DNA of 64,000 nt, from the NCBI GenBank assembly GCA_050575255.1, contig JBNZDD010013718.1:4804261-4868260 (forward strand). Reading direction: 5' to 3'. Origin of the DNA: Harriotta raleighana (lineage: Eukaryota). This document shows, piece after piece, positions 51,050 through 64,000 of this stretch (positions are counted from its first letter, which is position 1; each line of letters begins with the position of its first letter). Both the position numbers and the translations under genes were made by a program. The notes under the pieces were generated by a model, which saw only the letters and a program-made list of their open reading frames with translations, did not search any database and had not been told where the DNA came from.

Positions 51050-52094
51050 ATACCATAATTTACATAAAAACCATGCTTCAGATAAGATCAGATTTGGATG
51101 AAACCAATGTTAGACACTAAAGCAGCTTCATCTTAGACATCCTACAGACTGGAAATTGATTGCTTGGAAAGGGTGACGCATTCAATATCTTCAAGAACTG
51201 ACCTTATCTGCAACCCCACCCTCATCCATATCCAGAAGGTGATGACGTTCTTTAATGTCCTAATTAACTGGATTTCAAATGTTGGATAGTTAAGGTTCTG
51301 TATGGTTTACTGGACAGTCTAAAACCAGGCACATTTGAGCTAAAGACAACATTAGAATTGCAAAGAGGATTTTGGTAGGAAAAAATTGATAATGTCTAGA
51401 AGTGCTGAGCTGCATGATGCATTAAGGGAGACAGCTGTTAGACTAGCAGAGGTGCCCTGTCTCCTCATATGTAATGTGACAGCTGAGCAAGGATCAGGCA
51501 GTCAGCTTGCAGCTGCTGCAAGGGGCCCACCATGCAGTACATTCACAGGAGGCTCCTGCACCACTCTTTCACCTGGTATCTCTTCACTTTTCATCACCGC
51601 GAGTAATCCCCCAAATTCCTGATGGAAACAACATAGTCGTACTGTTTCCCTGTGTATTGCGCTTGCTGAGCCGCTTCGATGCAGCTTATCAACAGGAATT
51701 AGAGCAGTTCAAGAATGCGGAGGGGGATTAGAAATCATTTTTCTGTCAATTTGTTGCGCGAGACAAGAATAGCTTTCTGAAAATGACGTCCACATTATCA
51801 CATATTAATTTGCAGACGGGTTGACCTAAATGCAAAGAACAAGAAGTTTATTCATGGTTTGTGGGCCCTGCTGAGGCAGCTTATTACTGGCAAAGGCAGG
51901 AGTCAGAGTATGCTTTTGGCAATCTGCCAAGCAGCCAATCAATGCAGCTCAGAGTCAAAGGAACTGAAAATCTGATCCCTTTATTTCTGTCTGGGTCAGC
52001 GATGTCAATGCTTGCTGCAGAAGGCGGATGATAGGCACTCCTTTGAAATGATACAATCTGTGCAGCGCTGTGGGTTTTTAAAACAAAAATCTTC

Positions 52095-52142
52095 CCCCCG
52101 CCACCCACCCACCCTCCCCCTCCACCCCCCCCCCCCCCCCCN

Positions 52143-52190
<48 letters not shown>
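52095..52190. repeat. Poly-C tract containing an assembly n
   Basis: Long C homopolymer with n at 52142; length unreliable. Similar n+poly-C at 46590-46620. Confidence 0.85.
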
Positions 52191-52924
52191 ACCAAATAAA
52201 ACTAAAGCTCCTCTGAAGGTGGCTGTGCATGGATTATTAATCCATTTTGGGATGCCAGAAAATCACTGGTCGCAAATCCCAGTCGAGCGAGCACCAACTG
52301 AACCTAAACACATCACGGAGAAATGGGGGGGGGGGTGATTAATTTTAGCAGTTGACCTGATTCCATGGTGAATGGAACAAAATATATCTACAAGAGCCCT
52401 CCCAAGTCAATCATTACATGCATCAGTCGCGCCTGAGCTCCTTGCAGTCGGTAATTGCTTTATCTCTTTAGAGTTTAAGAAATTTACTATCAAAGATAGA
52501 GATTGTAACTGTAGTTTAAAATAACAAATCCAAAAGCACTTTGCTCCATCGGCCCTTGTTTATATTTATATTCTCAAAAATGCGGAGTGTTAGTGTGTTT
52601 ATTTTTAACGCTTTTCAGTCGCTATATTTACTCATGGACCAGTATTAATCTGGCAACCTCATCAACTGATTTTAAAAACAAATGTATGGAATATAAAAGG
52701 CTAATGAGCAGGACCTGTTTAAATGATCTTTGATCTTGGCTACCTACCTTTGGACTTGTTTTGCTAGTGTTCCACTGGGTCACTAGATGGAGTACTATAG
52801 GGTAGCATATCTTATCTCAGGGACTTCAAAACTAAATGTGGGATGGTCCAACCCAATCTTACAGAAGTGCTGCTGCAAGATATTGCGTAGATCAACCACA
52901 GAGGAAAGGTGTCTTTGGAACGAT

Positions 52925-53132
52925 ATAATAATAATAATCCTTGCATTTGACATAGCTCTTTTCATCGACGTCTCAAAGCACTTCACAGAATACAGTATAT
53001 TGTAAAAAGAATTGATTGTATATTTGTGGGCGAAATGCTGCAGCCAATTGCGCACAGCAGTGTCCCCACAAACAGTCGTGGATTGAAATGACCAATTTTA
53101 TTATTTAGTTTTTTTGGGGACGGATTATTATT
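52925..53132 (-). mobile_element. Young SINE 3' half
   Basis: Family tail and body, ending at gacggattattatt, same breakpoint as the 5134-5340 copy. Confidence 0.88.
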
Positions 53133-53559
53133 TATTTGCATAATGATGAGCAATGTGTTTTTTTAAGCATTTGCTCAGGCAACAATCAAATATTTCAGTA
53201 GCAGTTTTTGTTGGTATATGAAAATATTGCCTGTTTTCTTACTTGTCATTTTCCAATGGCATCTTAGCAAGGAAACAGGGATCTCATGATTTTTGTTCCC
53301 CAAAAAGATAATTTGTTTTGTCTGTGTAGATTATGAAGGGTCAGGTTCATATTCATTTTCCTGGTTCTCAATTTTCAGTGACGACTTGCCAAATAAATAC
53401 GGTATTTTGAGTTGAAACAGCTTTGGTGAATCTTCTGCTTGGCATGTGTGCCATTTCCACAATTCGAACATGGACATCCTTGCCCACAAATAGTTATTGT
53501 GCCTCAAGGACATACTTGTTCGTCTCAGTCTTGACCTATCCACACATCCTTCAACACAA

Positions 53560-54245
53560 TTCTCAGTAATCCTTTGAAACAGTGAATCACTGCAGCACCA
53601 AATACTTTTGTTAGGAGTATATTCCTCACATTTGCTACTCGTAGAAAACAATATTTTTCTAGTATCTATACCTGCCATTTGACTCCAGGCTCGTTAATTT
53701 GAAGTAATTGGTTGCTTAAACCTCAAGCTAGAAGTCAAAAACCCTTTTGACATCTACTGAATGCTTCTCAACATTTTATTGACTAGGATCATGGCCTCTT
53801 TCCTCCTGAACAATCTTGTTTATCTGATTAGTTCAAATTCAGATTTATGAGCATCTCATAATATATCTTTAAGTCCCTGCATTTTCATCATGTTCATCTC
53901 TGATACACCCATGATGAGTAAAGGAAGACAATTTGCCCGATACCTCAAAAATGTTCTAAATAGGATCTTACCAGCTCTAGAAATGTAACTTCTTTTAATT
54001 CATCGTTGAGACATGTAGAAGTAACTTATTTGATTAGCTTCTTATTAGATAGAATGCAAACCTTCTGTGAGTGATGACTAATCACATCTAAAGTCTTTCT
54101 TCTGTTTCACTTCTACTGAGCAACATTTAATATTATACATAAACTTACTGATCTACATTCCAGTATGACTTTCCTAATATTTATCCAATTTAAAATCCAT
54201 CTGCCACTGTTTGGTCTATACGTTGGTTTGGTGCTGATCTTCCTA
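53560..54245 (-). mobile_element. Highly decayed CR1 ORF2 fragment
   Basis: Minus strand AAACAGTGGCAGATGGATTTTAAATTGGATAAA (KQWQMDFKLDK) resembles CR1 WQMxFNxxKC; boundaries approximate. Confidence 0.4.
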
Positions 54246-55970
54246 AATACTGTTTATTGTTCGATGTGCTTGTTTAGTGGCACGCAATCATTTAACACAA
54301 AATATTAAGAAATAACTTAATATTAATGTAGCATTGTGCTTCTGGTTTTTCTTTAGTGTAAAGAATAGCAGGAAACAATACTCTGTTGCTTTACTCAAGC
54401 AGTATTGAAAAGTTTAAAGAAAATCACAGGCTTTTCTAGTAAACTTCTCAGAAACTGTATATTCAAACTTTTTTTGAAAAACACAGCTGAGTGTAATTAT
54501 TGGCCTTAAATTATAATTCTGGACATAATTACGTTTCCAAATGTGAATTTTTTTCAAAAACAAATTGGTAATAGTTCACTCCATTGACCCTTATAAAGCC
54601 ACTTACTGGACTGGAGAATCAAAAATTGTTGACTCCCTGTTTCACAAATAGTTGAGGGCTAATTGAAACCCATGCATGACCTGCAGAACTTAGTGTACGT
54701 CTAAAATAGCTTACGGGTGGACAATTATTGTACTTGGAGGGAAAGAATACAAACAGCCATAGAGACGTGTGTTCCTTAAAATTATTTCAATTTAGAGATG
54801 TACTGTAAATGTATTTACAAACCCATTTTCAAATTCAAAATATACTGTTTGAAGTAGAGGTCGGCTTTGGTTCAGAATTGGCAACAGATGGTATTGCAAT
54901 TCTACTTTCAATAATTACCTAGTTATAAATTTACGTATTAGCTTGTCTTGATTCCAAGTGGGAGCTAGAGACGTTTGTGAGTAAATCCGTTGAGTTGTTT
55001 CCAACCCACTGATTGTCACTGCACCGCTTTAAATTTCAGCAATGACGCCACCAGTGGTAAATTAAACATCCAATCAATTGCAAGTAGCATTGATGAAAAT
55101 GAATAAGTCTAATGAACTGGAAATAAACCATGTGCCAATTATAAATGAGACCCAAATGGTGTTAATATATGCAAAAAGCAGTAGAAACTGCAGCCCTGGC
55201 AAACCGTTTCAGGAAGTCTATATTCTGTGAAGTCGGGTGACACCTTGAAATAAACTAAATCCGTGGATTGTGTTTTGAGATATATTACGGGGAACAAAAG
55301 GGGAAATAATTCTGTATTTAGCTCCAAATCTTGCATAAGGTAAAGCAATATGTTTTTCATCCATAGAAGAAAAAAATCACATTAAATCAGTCATCTTGTT
55401 TTGAGCAGCTGAATAAGGTTCCCATTCTATAGGACTTTAAACCTCCCATTGAGGCAAGGGTACATCAGCTGTTTAACGCTGTCTGGATTCTTTGGAATAG
55501 AAGCCTAAATAGGAATATACAGCACAAATTTTAATCGATAATCTTTGTGTTTCAAAGGTGCATTTTTCGACAACAGATCTTTACGTGTAATAGTTACTCT
55601 TTCCCATAATTCTATGCTACATCTTTCATGAATAGTTCAAAACTACAATATGAATCAAAGTCAGGATTCTGTTCCATGCATTCTTTATTAATTATTGGTG
55701 TGTTTTTCCTTTTACTGTATATACAGACGTTCCTGGGCTAGCTGGAGTCAGACAGACAGCTGAGAGACACAACTACCATAAGGCAGGTTATTGAAGGTCA
55801 TTCAACACCAGATGTCACATCCACAAGGCAAGTGAATCTCCAACTCCAGAAACACCCATGGGGTATAAGTGGGAGAATGTTTACTGAAATCTTGATGCTT
55901 TAGACAATAGAAGCTCCAAATTGTCCCTTTAAACCAGAAAGTAATAGGAAGACAGTCAATCTGCCTGGTG

Positions 55971-56090
55971 TCAACAACAACAACAAAATTACACTTGTAT
56001 AGCACCTTTCATGTCAGGAGGACGTCCCAAGGTGCTGGACAGTTACTGCTTCAGACCCGAGCTGATGACGGGGGGTGTGGGTTAAGAAAG
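55971..56090 (-). mobile_element. L2 3' tail fragment (similar short tails at ~1123-1186 +, 43742-43798 +, 44530-44640 -, 45572-45690 -, 45852-45904 +, 59660-59715 +)
   Basis: caacaacaacaacaaaattacacttgtatagcacctttcatgtcaggaggacgtcccaaggtgct is the reverse complement of the L2 tail. Confidence 0.78.
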
Positions 56091-58104
56091 GGAGTCTCAA
56101 CTGGAGTGATAGACATGGAAACCGAGATAGCGGTCACAATGCATCAACAACAAGAAGAAACAATTGGGATCTAACAAGCATAGTTGAACGCAAAAGATGT
56201 AGTCCAGATTGTCGTAACTGAAACGCTATTTATTGCCATGTGGAAATGAACCAGCAAAAAATAAAACCAACTGTGCGAAGAATTGATGCGTGTGTCCAAA
56301 ATCTTTGGCGTCATGGTCATATCATCACAGAACTTAGATCAAATTCAGCACCCTCTGTTCCAGCACTGGTGCCAGTTGGAACTCCCTTCGTAGGGCTGTT
56401 GCTCAAAATAAATTTGGGAGTTTCTGTTGTACTGCTCAACAAGTGTTTACATGAGGCCCAACTACATGTATCCAGGGCTCTTACACTCTATAGCTCATTA
56501 ACTCTTGCTGCAATGGATTGAAGATTTCAAGTTTCATTCCTCAAAATGACTGTACAGCCAACGCCAACAGACTGTTTTGGGCCATCAGATGCACATTGCT
56601 TAAGCTTTTTAAAGTTTAGAGAGACAGATGCATTTCTGGCTCTAAATTAACATTGGAACTTAATTGTATACAATGCCAGCTAATGTACATCTGCTTCGTT
56701 ACCCATGCTTGGATCTCCTTTTCAAATATCACATTTCATATCTTTGCTTCCCTTCCCTTAAATCCATCAAGATTACCTGCTCTGACACTTTCTTCAGCTA
56801 TGCTACAGGAAGCATCAGAGAGTTTGTGAGAGTTCATGAGCAAAGCACAGGACTACCAAGGGAAGAGCGAGTGCAGTTCACACATACTGTAGTTCTATTT
56901 TTTTTAACCTGAAGGAAGTTGCCAAAATTAGAAAAGAAATTCACATTGTGCATGAATTCATTGTAAAATTGATCTGGGCAACCTTACACCTTCTATTGTT
57001 GACAATCAATGAATTTGTCCTTTTTGAATCTTAAATCTTGCTGTAAAGAGTTGCATTCCTTAAGTATTTGTACTTATCAATGCGATTATAACAATGGCTT
57101 TGGGTCTGGTCATTATCCATCCTAATCCTTAAAGATCCCCAGAGTCGATTGGGAATCAGGAACATTTACTTTAAATGTCATTATTGGGATAAATGTGCTA
57201 ATAGGAAAAGTGCATCAAAGGAGATGAACATCATTCTTACAGCTACTGGTGTTACAGGTTTTATTGTAGATTGACAGGTGTCAGGATTTACAGAGTAATT
57301 TAGGAAATCGATCATCAATTGGCCGCTGAATCCAAGTCTCCCTGAGCTTTACAAAAAGAAATGTAGATAATTAGCTCCTAGCCTATAAGTTCTGCTGACA
57401 GGGTAACTTCTCCCTTTCCTCACATGTTCCAATTGTAGCACAGCAGCTGTTGTTTCAGTATGAATTAGTAGTTCCTGAGTGTTTAATACGTCCCAAATCC
57501 ATTGCTGTGACCACCGTAAAGGGTATGTGTGTATTTTAACTCTGGTTGTCCTGAATACTATATTTTCGAGCCAAGATTTATGTGTGAAAAGTATGGCTGG
57601 ATAAATTTTCTTGCAGCTCTCCCCTGTAATTATCAGTTTAAATTGGGTATTAATGATTCTAGCAGTTACCAATGTATAATGGATGGAAATGTGAATTTAA
57701 TGCAGGAAAAGCTGCTTTCCAGACTACAAATTAAAACAGTTCAAGTGCAACTGACAGTAGAAACATCTAGGCTGGTAGAAATTAATATTTACAATGTTTT
57801 AATGTGAGTTTCACATGGATGGACTAGTCCCATTCTACGAAGCCACCATTTTAAATGTGGGCAGCTTACAGCTGTGTCTCTGCCTACCTGGAGTTAGGCT
57901 GCCCCCTTCTGCAAGTCCAAAACCGAACAGGAATAGAACAAAAGTAGAGCCAACTGGAACATAGAGTGACTTCTCTTTGTTTCTTTGCTACTGAACACCT
58001 TTTTTAAAAGGTATCTACATCATGTGTTACAGAAACCACTGGCTTCAAAGGATTGCTGATTTACAAACGCAAATTTTAGTTTTCATGTCTTTAGATATTG
58101 TCAG

Positions 58105-58317
58105 ACAGCAGTTCAAATTCATCCGAAATACAAATCTCCATTTGATCCTCATTCCCAGGCAATTCTTAGGACAGTGACAAACCAATAGTCTCATTGTTGC
58201 TGCAGCTGCGATNACAGCAGTTCAAATTCATCCGAAATACAAATCTCCATTTGATCCTCATTCTCAGGCAATTCTTAGGACAGTGACAAACCAATAGTCT
58301 TATTGTTGCTGCAGCTG
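58105..58317. repeat. 104-bp direct duplication flanking an n (probable unmerged contig overlap)
   Basis: 58105-58208 and 58214-58317 are identical except two C/T differences and are separated by cgatn. Confidence 0.85.
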
Positions 58318-61300
58318 AAGAAGTTTCGACAGGGTGACTATAATTACAGCTTGCATTAGCTGCTCTTAAGAAAAAAAATGACTCTTCGGAGACCTATGGC
58401 TACCCACTTAAGAAAACAAGGTGTTCCAATGTTCAAAGTTCAGCTCCTGTGCTGCAAACAATCATATGGCAAAAATGTCAGCAATAATCTCTTCTGTTGG
58501 CCGTAAATGGATCTCCTGATGTTTGGTTAGAAGCTGTATAGCAGGTTCTGCTTCAGTGACATACAAGCATTGTTATGAACCCAACCTGACGTGCCATGAT
58601 CAGTTATGTTAAACGTCCAGCTTATCATTACAGAAATCGTTTCTGAAAAGTTCACAAACACAGAGTTAGGCGGAAAATGTTCCCATGACAATTGATGGTT
58701 CCTTGTAGAACAGTATACTTTAGATTGGTGTTCGTGGTAGATTTTTCTACACATCTTTAACCTCACATTTTACTTCAACCACTATGGGGATTTCCCCGTG
58801 ATCTGTTTCAGACAGGAAAAATTGAAGGAAAAAAACAATGATTCTAAATTACCGATGTCCATCCTTTGCTCTCTCTCTCTCTCTCAAATTCCCCCGTGAC
58901 GAAAGTGTTTAAGTGAAAGGTTAAAGGCACAACCAGGCAGCTGAATGTCAATGTCCTTGACCTTGTAGGTAAAACGTTTCAGTCTTGATACTTTTTAAAA
59001 CAAACAAGCAGGATGTGGATTCTAAAATTCTGTTTCAATGCAGAAGAACAGCTTGATACTTTAATGGGAAGATGATGGGATCAGTGTTCTGAAAGGCTAA
59101 CAGTAAATGAACTAAGGGACCTTCTTTGTTGGAACTGCTCTTGTGATCTATATAAATATACACTCGCTCTTCTGCCATTATCTGATTCGTTGAGAAATGG
59201 TACAGCCATATTTACAATTGTGTTGCCTTTGTACATTCTCCACATTACACACAATCCCTGTTCAAAAACCTGCTCCTAAGCTCCTGCCAACACTGCTCTG
59301 TAATCAGGAATGCAGAAGCATTTTGATATCCACATTTAAAAATTTCCTTTCCTGCTTGGTGAGGGGGAGGGAGGATACAATATGTAATGTGCTAATTATC
59401 ACCTTGTACCACGTTGTCTCCCCGCTCTCAGTTCCTCTTCAGCATATCCCACATTGGCACAGCTCAGATCATTAACTCGCTGTATGGGAAGCAGCAAGAA
59501 CAAAGGAATCTCCTACTGCTCCACAATACAGCATATCGGAGCTTCAGGATATTTTTATACCTCTTTGACCATGCTTTTGGTTATCTTTCTCCTTCTTTTT
59601 CACCCTCTCAGTTCTCACCCCACCCCCCACCCCAGCTCTAGTGCCCAGCCAGTACTGTTAAGCACTTTGGGACATCCTCCCAATGTGATAGGACCTATGG
59701 AGTGTAAATTTGTATTGCACTGTATTTTGCTGGCATTCCATCCAGTTTTATCTCAACTGATTCATTTAGCAAGCACAATTCAAAGGGTTAATTGTGCATC
59801 ATGTGTTTGAGATTTACAATGAAGTAGCAGCAAATTCTGTGATTCATGATAAATATCCAGAATATCATTTCAAATGAATGGGGTTGCATTTTGCTAACAA
59901 TGAGGTCCTCCATATTCTTACAAGCTAACTGAATAGAAGTATGACTGTTTTACATTATGTCATCATCACAAACAGTTTCTCACTATTTTTAAACTGTTTG
60001 TGTTGGATAGGTACCAAAATACTGAGGCCAGTAGGCGTATTAATCTGGAAAGCTTTTGCCAAGCATTTTAGACTAAAAATCAGCCCAAAGGAAGGAGCAC
60101 CCACAGAGAAATTTAACCCTTTTCCTCTCATCGATGACTAAGTTCAGTACCTCAGAAGCAATTTGTATGTTTCAGCATATTGCACTGACACAAGCATAAT
60201 TTATGATAATCCAATTGCATCCCGATAGTTTTGCCTGAGATAGATGCATAATTCCTAGTTGGAAAAATGCCTCCAAGCTTAACTTTTTTTCAGTTAAGTT
60301 TGGAGGCATTAATAGTATGACCTATTAAGCATTGTTTGATAAATATTTAGCAGAGTTTTGTCTATGTTAAAAGCTCATAATGTTATTGTAATGATTTTGA
60401 AATCTGTTACAACATATAACAGGAGGCTCAGAATACATTATAAACAGTGCTTCAGCCTTTTAAGCCTCAATCACATGCTGATCATCACTAAAATAAAGCA
60501 ATCTTTTCATGACTTGTTTATAATGTGATTGCCCATTCTAAATGTATAATGAAATGATTGCAATTTTTAGCAATTGGCCTGTGATAGACCCTCCCCACCA
60601 TGTGCATTAAACAAAATAACTTCTGTTGAACACACTGCTGACTGATTAATGATAATTTATTTCTTCATGCACCAGATTTTCTCCACTTTTCTGACATGTA
60701 TTTGTTCATTTTGGAATTGAAAATCTGGAACAAGTTACATGTGACCTCCTTTATGGCAAGAACTGCACTTAATTCTCTCAATTGTCCTGTTGGTAGTTAC
60801 TTGAATTTCTCTGTTTGTAGGGCGTTTTAAATATTTACAGTTAGTCAGCTAAAAGAAACGGTACCAGATAAGGATGAACATGATGTATATTAAAAATGAA
60901 AGGGAATTAATTTAAACTACAGGCTTGAGTGCTCAAAATACTCAGTGGTTATGCATCAGACTTTCTCAACTCAGTGAGGTCTATATTGGAAAACTTTCCC
61001 ACTAAAAGCTGATCAGGAGACTAAGAATTGACTAATTGTCACGATCAATTTTAAGCAACCAATAATCACGATAATTGATGCTTTTGTGAAGCCTTTATTC
61101 AATACACTCTTCTCTGGATTATGATGATATTGATTATCACAGTAAATCTAATAGACATCATTTCAGAAGGCATTATAAGTGTGTGATAACTGATATCAAT
61201 TGCTTTGTTTGGCGTCTGCAGTGTCTCATTGAATATTTTACTCATTCTTACTTAGAAATAAGATGCCTTTATAATGACTAACAGGAACGAAAGCACCAAA

Positions 61301-64000
61301 GATAACAAACCGATGATGATTGCTTTTTCACATATTGTAACCAGCTAGCATGGAAACCTTAGCTTGGCGATTGGTTTCCGTATGGGTCAGACCATAAAAA
61401 AACTAGCTCAACAAGTTATTCACTGCAGTGACTGCATACGGTATTTTGATCAACTGTGCTGAGCTGAATTGAGATGCCTTTCTTGAGCTAATGAAGATGA
61501 TCGCCAATTGCCATTCCCACTTCAATGGAATGTTTGCGCGAAATGAGGCTCATATAAATATAGTGCTTGTGGTCTGTTGCTGATTGTCCTCTTAACTGAA
61601 CAGACTTGAGTAACAGGATAGGGATAAAACGCAAGAGTAAAATTCAAATGTTAATGTCCTTGATTAATGGTAGTGGATGATGAACTGTGGTTGTGATATA
61701 CTATCATAATGAAAGATAATAGTTGTACAGATGATGGCATTTATTGAGATCTATATTTACAAGCAGGATTGTAATTTGGGATACAATAATTGCTTAGAGC
61801 AATGTTGGCACTGAATTTATTCTCAACCTTGCCATTCATTCCTATTTAGATAGGCATTGTATAATTACTGTTGGGGACAACAGCAGAACGCATTGAAGCT
61901 GATCTTTGTTTTTCCTTTGGTAGTTCCCATTCTCATTATCAAGAATGCAAACTACAGAAAATGACCCTGATGTCAAACCTTTGACCTTAGATATTCTAGA
62001 AAACAATAATGCATTGCTAAGGGTCGTGGAGAAAGGGATTTTCTCCTGTTTCAATAACTACAGCACTCTCATTTACTTCTGTGAGACTGCTCTCTATAAC
62101 TACGGTCACAAGCGCAGAATACAAGACTGGTGTCTGATTGTGATCAAATGAAGACTGTGAGTCTTTTCTCTCCTGCCCTATCTTTGTGTCATTAGTAGTA
62201 GCACATGGATCCTACTTCACTGCTTTCTCATCGATTTACTCCAGTTGGTTTAGTTATCACTAGGTATCTGATACTGCTGCTACTGATGATGTAATTCCTC
62301 ATTACCCAACAGTTATTCCCAATTTTGTAAAATCCCCTTGCATTTGCTGCCTCTGGTTCACTTAAAGAGCTTTCAGTTACAGTGTATTTTGTCTTTATTT
62401 TAATGGCCACAGATGTTCGATGTTTCATTAATATGATCCCATTTGTTTTGTTTGCTACAAATGATCTTTCCTTGTGACAATGCCAACATATGCTTCTTTA
62501 TTTTGTGGCTCTATCCTCAACACTCACAATAATCTCTATGGGATGGATGAGGACTCAGTATTATTAGACTTATTTGCATTCACAAGTTCATGTTGATGCA
62601 CAGAGTGTGTTGATACTAATTTACCCCCATCTAAACAAACCAGATTATTTTGAAGTTATCGGTTTAGAACTTTTCATCCTTTGTGTCAATGTGAATTGAA
62701 TCCAAACAGCATAGTGTCCCCGAATTTTAGTCTTTCAGAACGCTATTTTGGCAATTGTCTAATAACTTGTCTTCTCAAATTTCCCAATGTGCTGAGCAGT
62801 TTACCATTGTGGCAATCACTCTGCTTTTCATTGGCTGAGGTCACATATTGTTGTTCTCTATTTCATTTGCGTGGCTCACTTGAAAGATGCTAATGTAGAG
62901 AGCTTGACTGTTTTTAACAGTTCTTCTGTGTATCATTTCATACGTTACCAAGGAATCCGAGTACTGCATAAAAAACATGTCCCTCCCAATACACAGAATT
63001 ATTTCCTGTTGACTCGCAGGAACTAGCTCCGATCCACTTCTGAAACACGGCTCACTTGGGTCAACAGGAATTTTAACATAAGGAAAAATTACAGATCAGA
63101 CCCATTTGTGTGCTATGAAATGTTTGTAGTGTGTCACCTGAATCCTTTACACAACACAATTGAGCATTGATATGTAACCAAGTTGTTTGTTTCACTTCAA
63201 AACATTACAGTTAAATTGAAGGAAGAACTATGTGTTGCCTTTAGTGACTCCCTCCAAATGTAGTGCCAGAACCACAACAGATAAAACATTCACGAAAGCA
63301 GTTTTTTTCACACATTCTAACCACAAATTTGTCATTTGTCCTTGGATATTTGGGGAATGAAATAGATAGCTTCTACATTACAATTAGTCTCTATAGCAAT
63401 ATGACCTCATGCCTTGCAGTGCTTTGCAAAGTATTGTACAGTATAATAGTATCATGAATACAGCAAATGCTATTAATTTTGACTTCAAATAGAAAACCAG
63501 TTCTACAGTGTGAGAGAATGACTTCAAAAAAGAAAATTGCTATTTAAAATGCAACGTGCACTTTATCTGGCAGCGTTGGGGAACACTACAGTTAACAGGC
63601 TGTGAAATCCAGGCCTGAAATATTTGTGTTTGTCTCCAGGTCTCACAATTGCAAAGTAGACAATTCACATTATTATTTTCTCTCTAAAGGTACACTCTAT
63701 ATATATTGCCTCATATGGGTTCTCTACTGCAAAGTGCTGCATTGCTTTTTGTCTGAGCTTTAGAATGTAGGTAAGTACTGGAGTATATCTTCCAGTGACA
63801 TTTCTTTAGCAGATTTTGCTCTTACAGATACATATATAATATATATAATATGTATATATAATGTCAGTTTGCCACATGTGCATCAAAGTGAAAGGTATTC
63901 TAAGATTTTAGAAAGTGTGCCCAAAACAAAAAGACATAAATTACATAACGCATAACTCCCAACGACATTCGGTTCTGAAGCTGTTCTTACTGGGGAAGTA

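Noticed and set aside
51884-52338. Poly-Gly/poly-Pro ORFs (also 46417-46693)
   Set aside because: Translations of poly-C tracts containing assembly n.
58105-58317. 104-bp tandem duplication as a real repeat
   Set aside because: Straddles a single n and differs at two sites; typical unmerged overlap of two haplotype contigs.
38135-64000. A second protein-coding gene downstream of EFL1
   Set aside because: All ORFs are short, unrecognisable or repeat-derived; small exons cannot be fully excluded without RNA-seq.

Overview
Vertebrate (eukaryotic) genomic DNA, AT-rich; the repeat repertoire (Deu-domain tRNA SINEs, shark-type CR1 tails, L2 tails) points to a cartilaginous fish, probably a chimaera (inference). 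The only gene I can support is the 3' part of EFL1 (EFTUD1/RIA1, the EF-2-like GTPase that releases eIF6 from pre-60S with SBDS): seven + strand coding exons (920-1086, 4349-4484, 23271-23402, 24566-24713, 26090-27048, 30623-30807, 37946-38134) with GT-AG introns in consistent phase, ending ...[10 protein letters not shown]. The remaining ~26 kb downstream has no credible CDS. Introns and downstream DNA carry a young tRNA-headed SINE family, older full Deu-domain SINEs, LF-SINE-like relics, L2 and CR1 LINE fragments, a TA-flanked pogo/Tigger-like MITE family, short palindromes and several candidate conserved-enhancer blocks. I found no evidence of a new protein-coding system; the most interesting signals are a covarying 3' stem-loop shared by three retroelement families, a head-to-head SINE hairpin 8 nt from a splice donor, an LF-SINE/Deu-SINE junction and lineage substitutions in EFL1. 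Comparisons with human EFL1 and repeat consensuses are from memory, not from searches.
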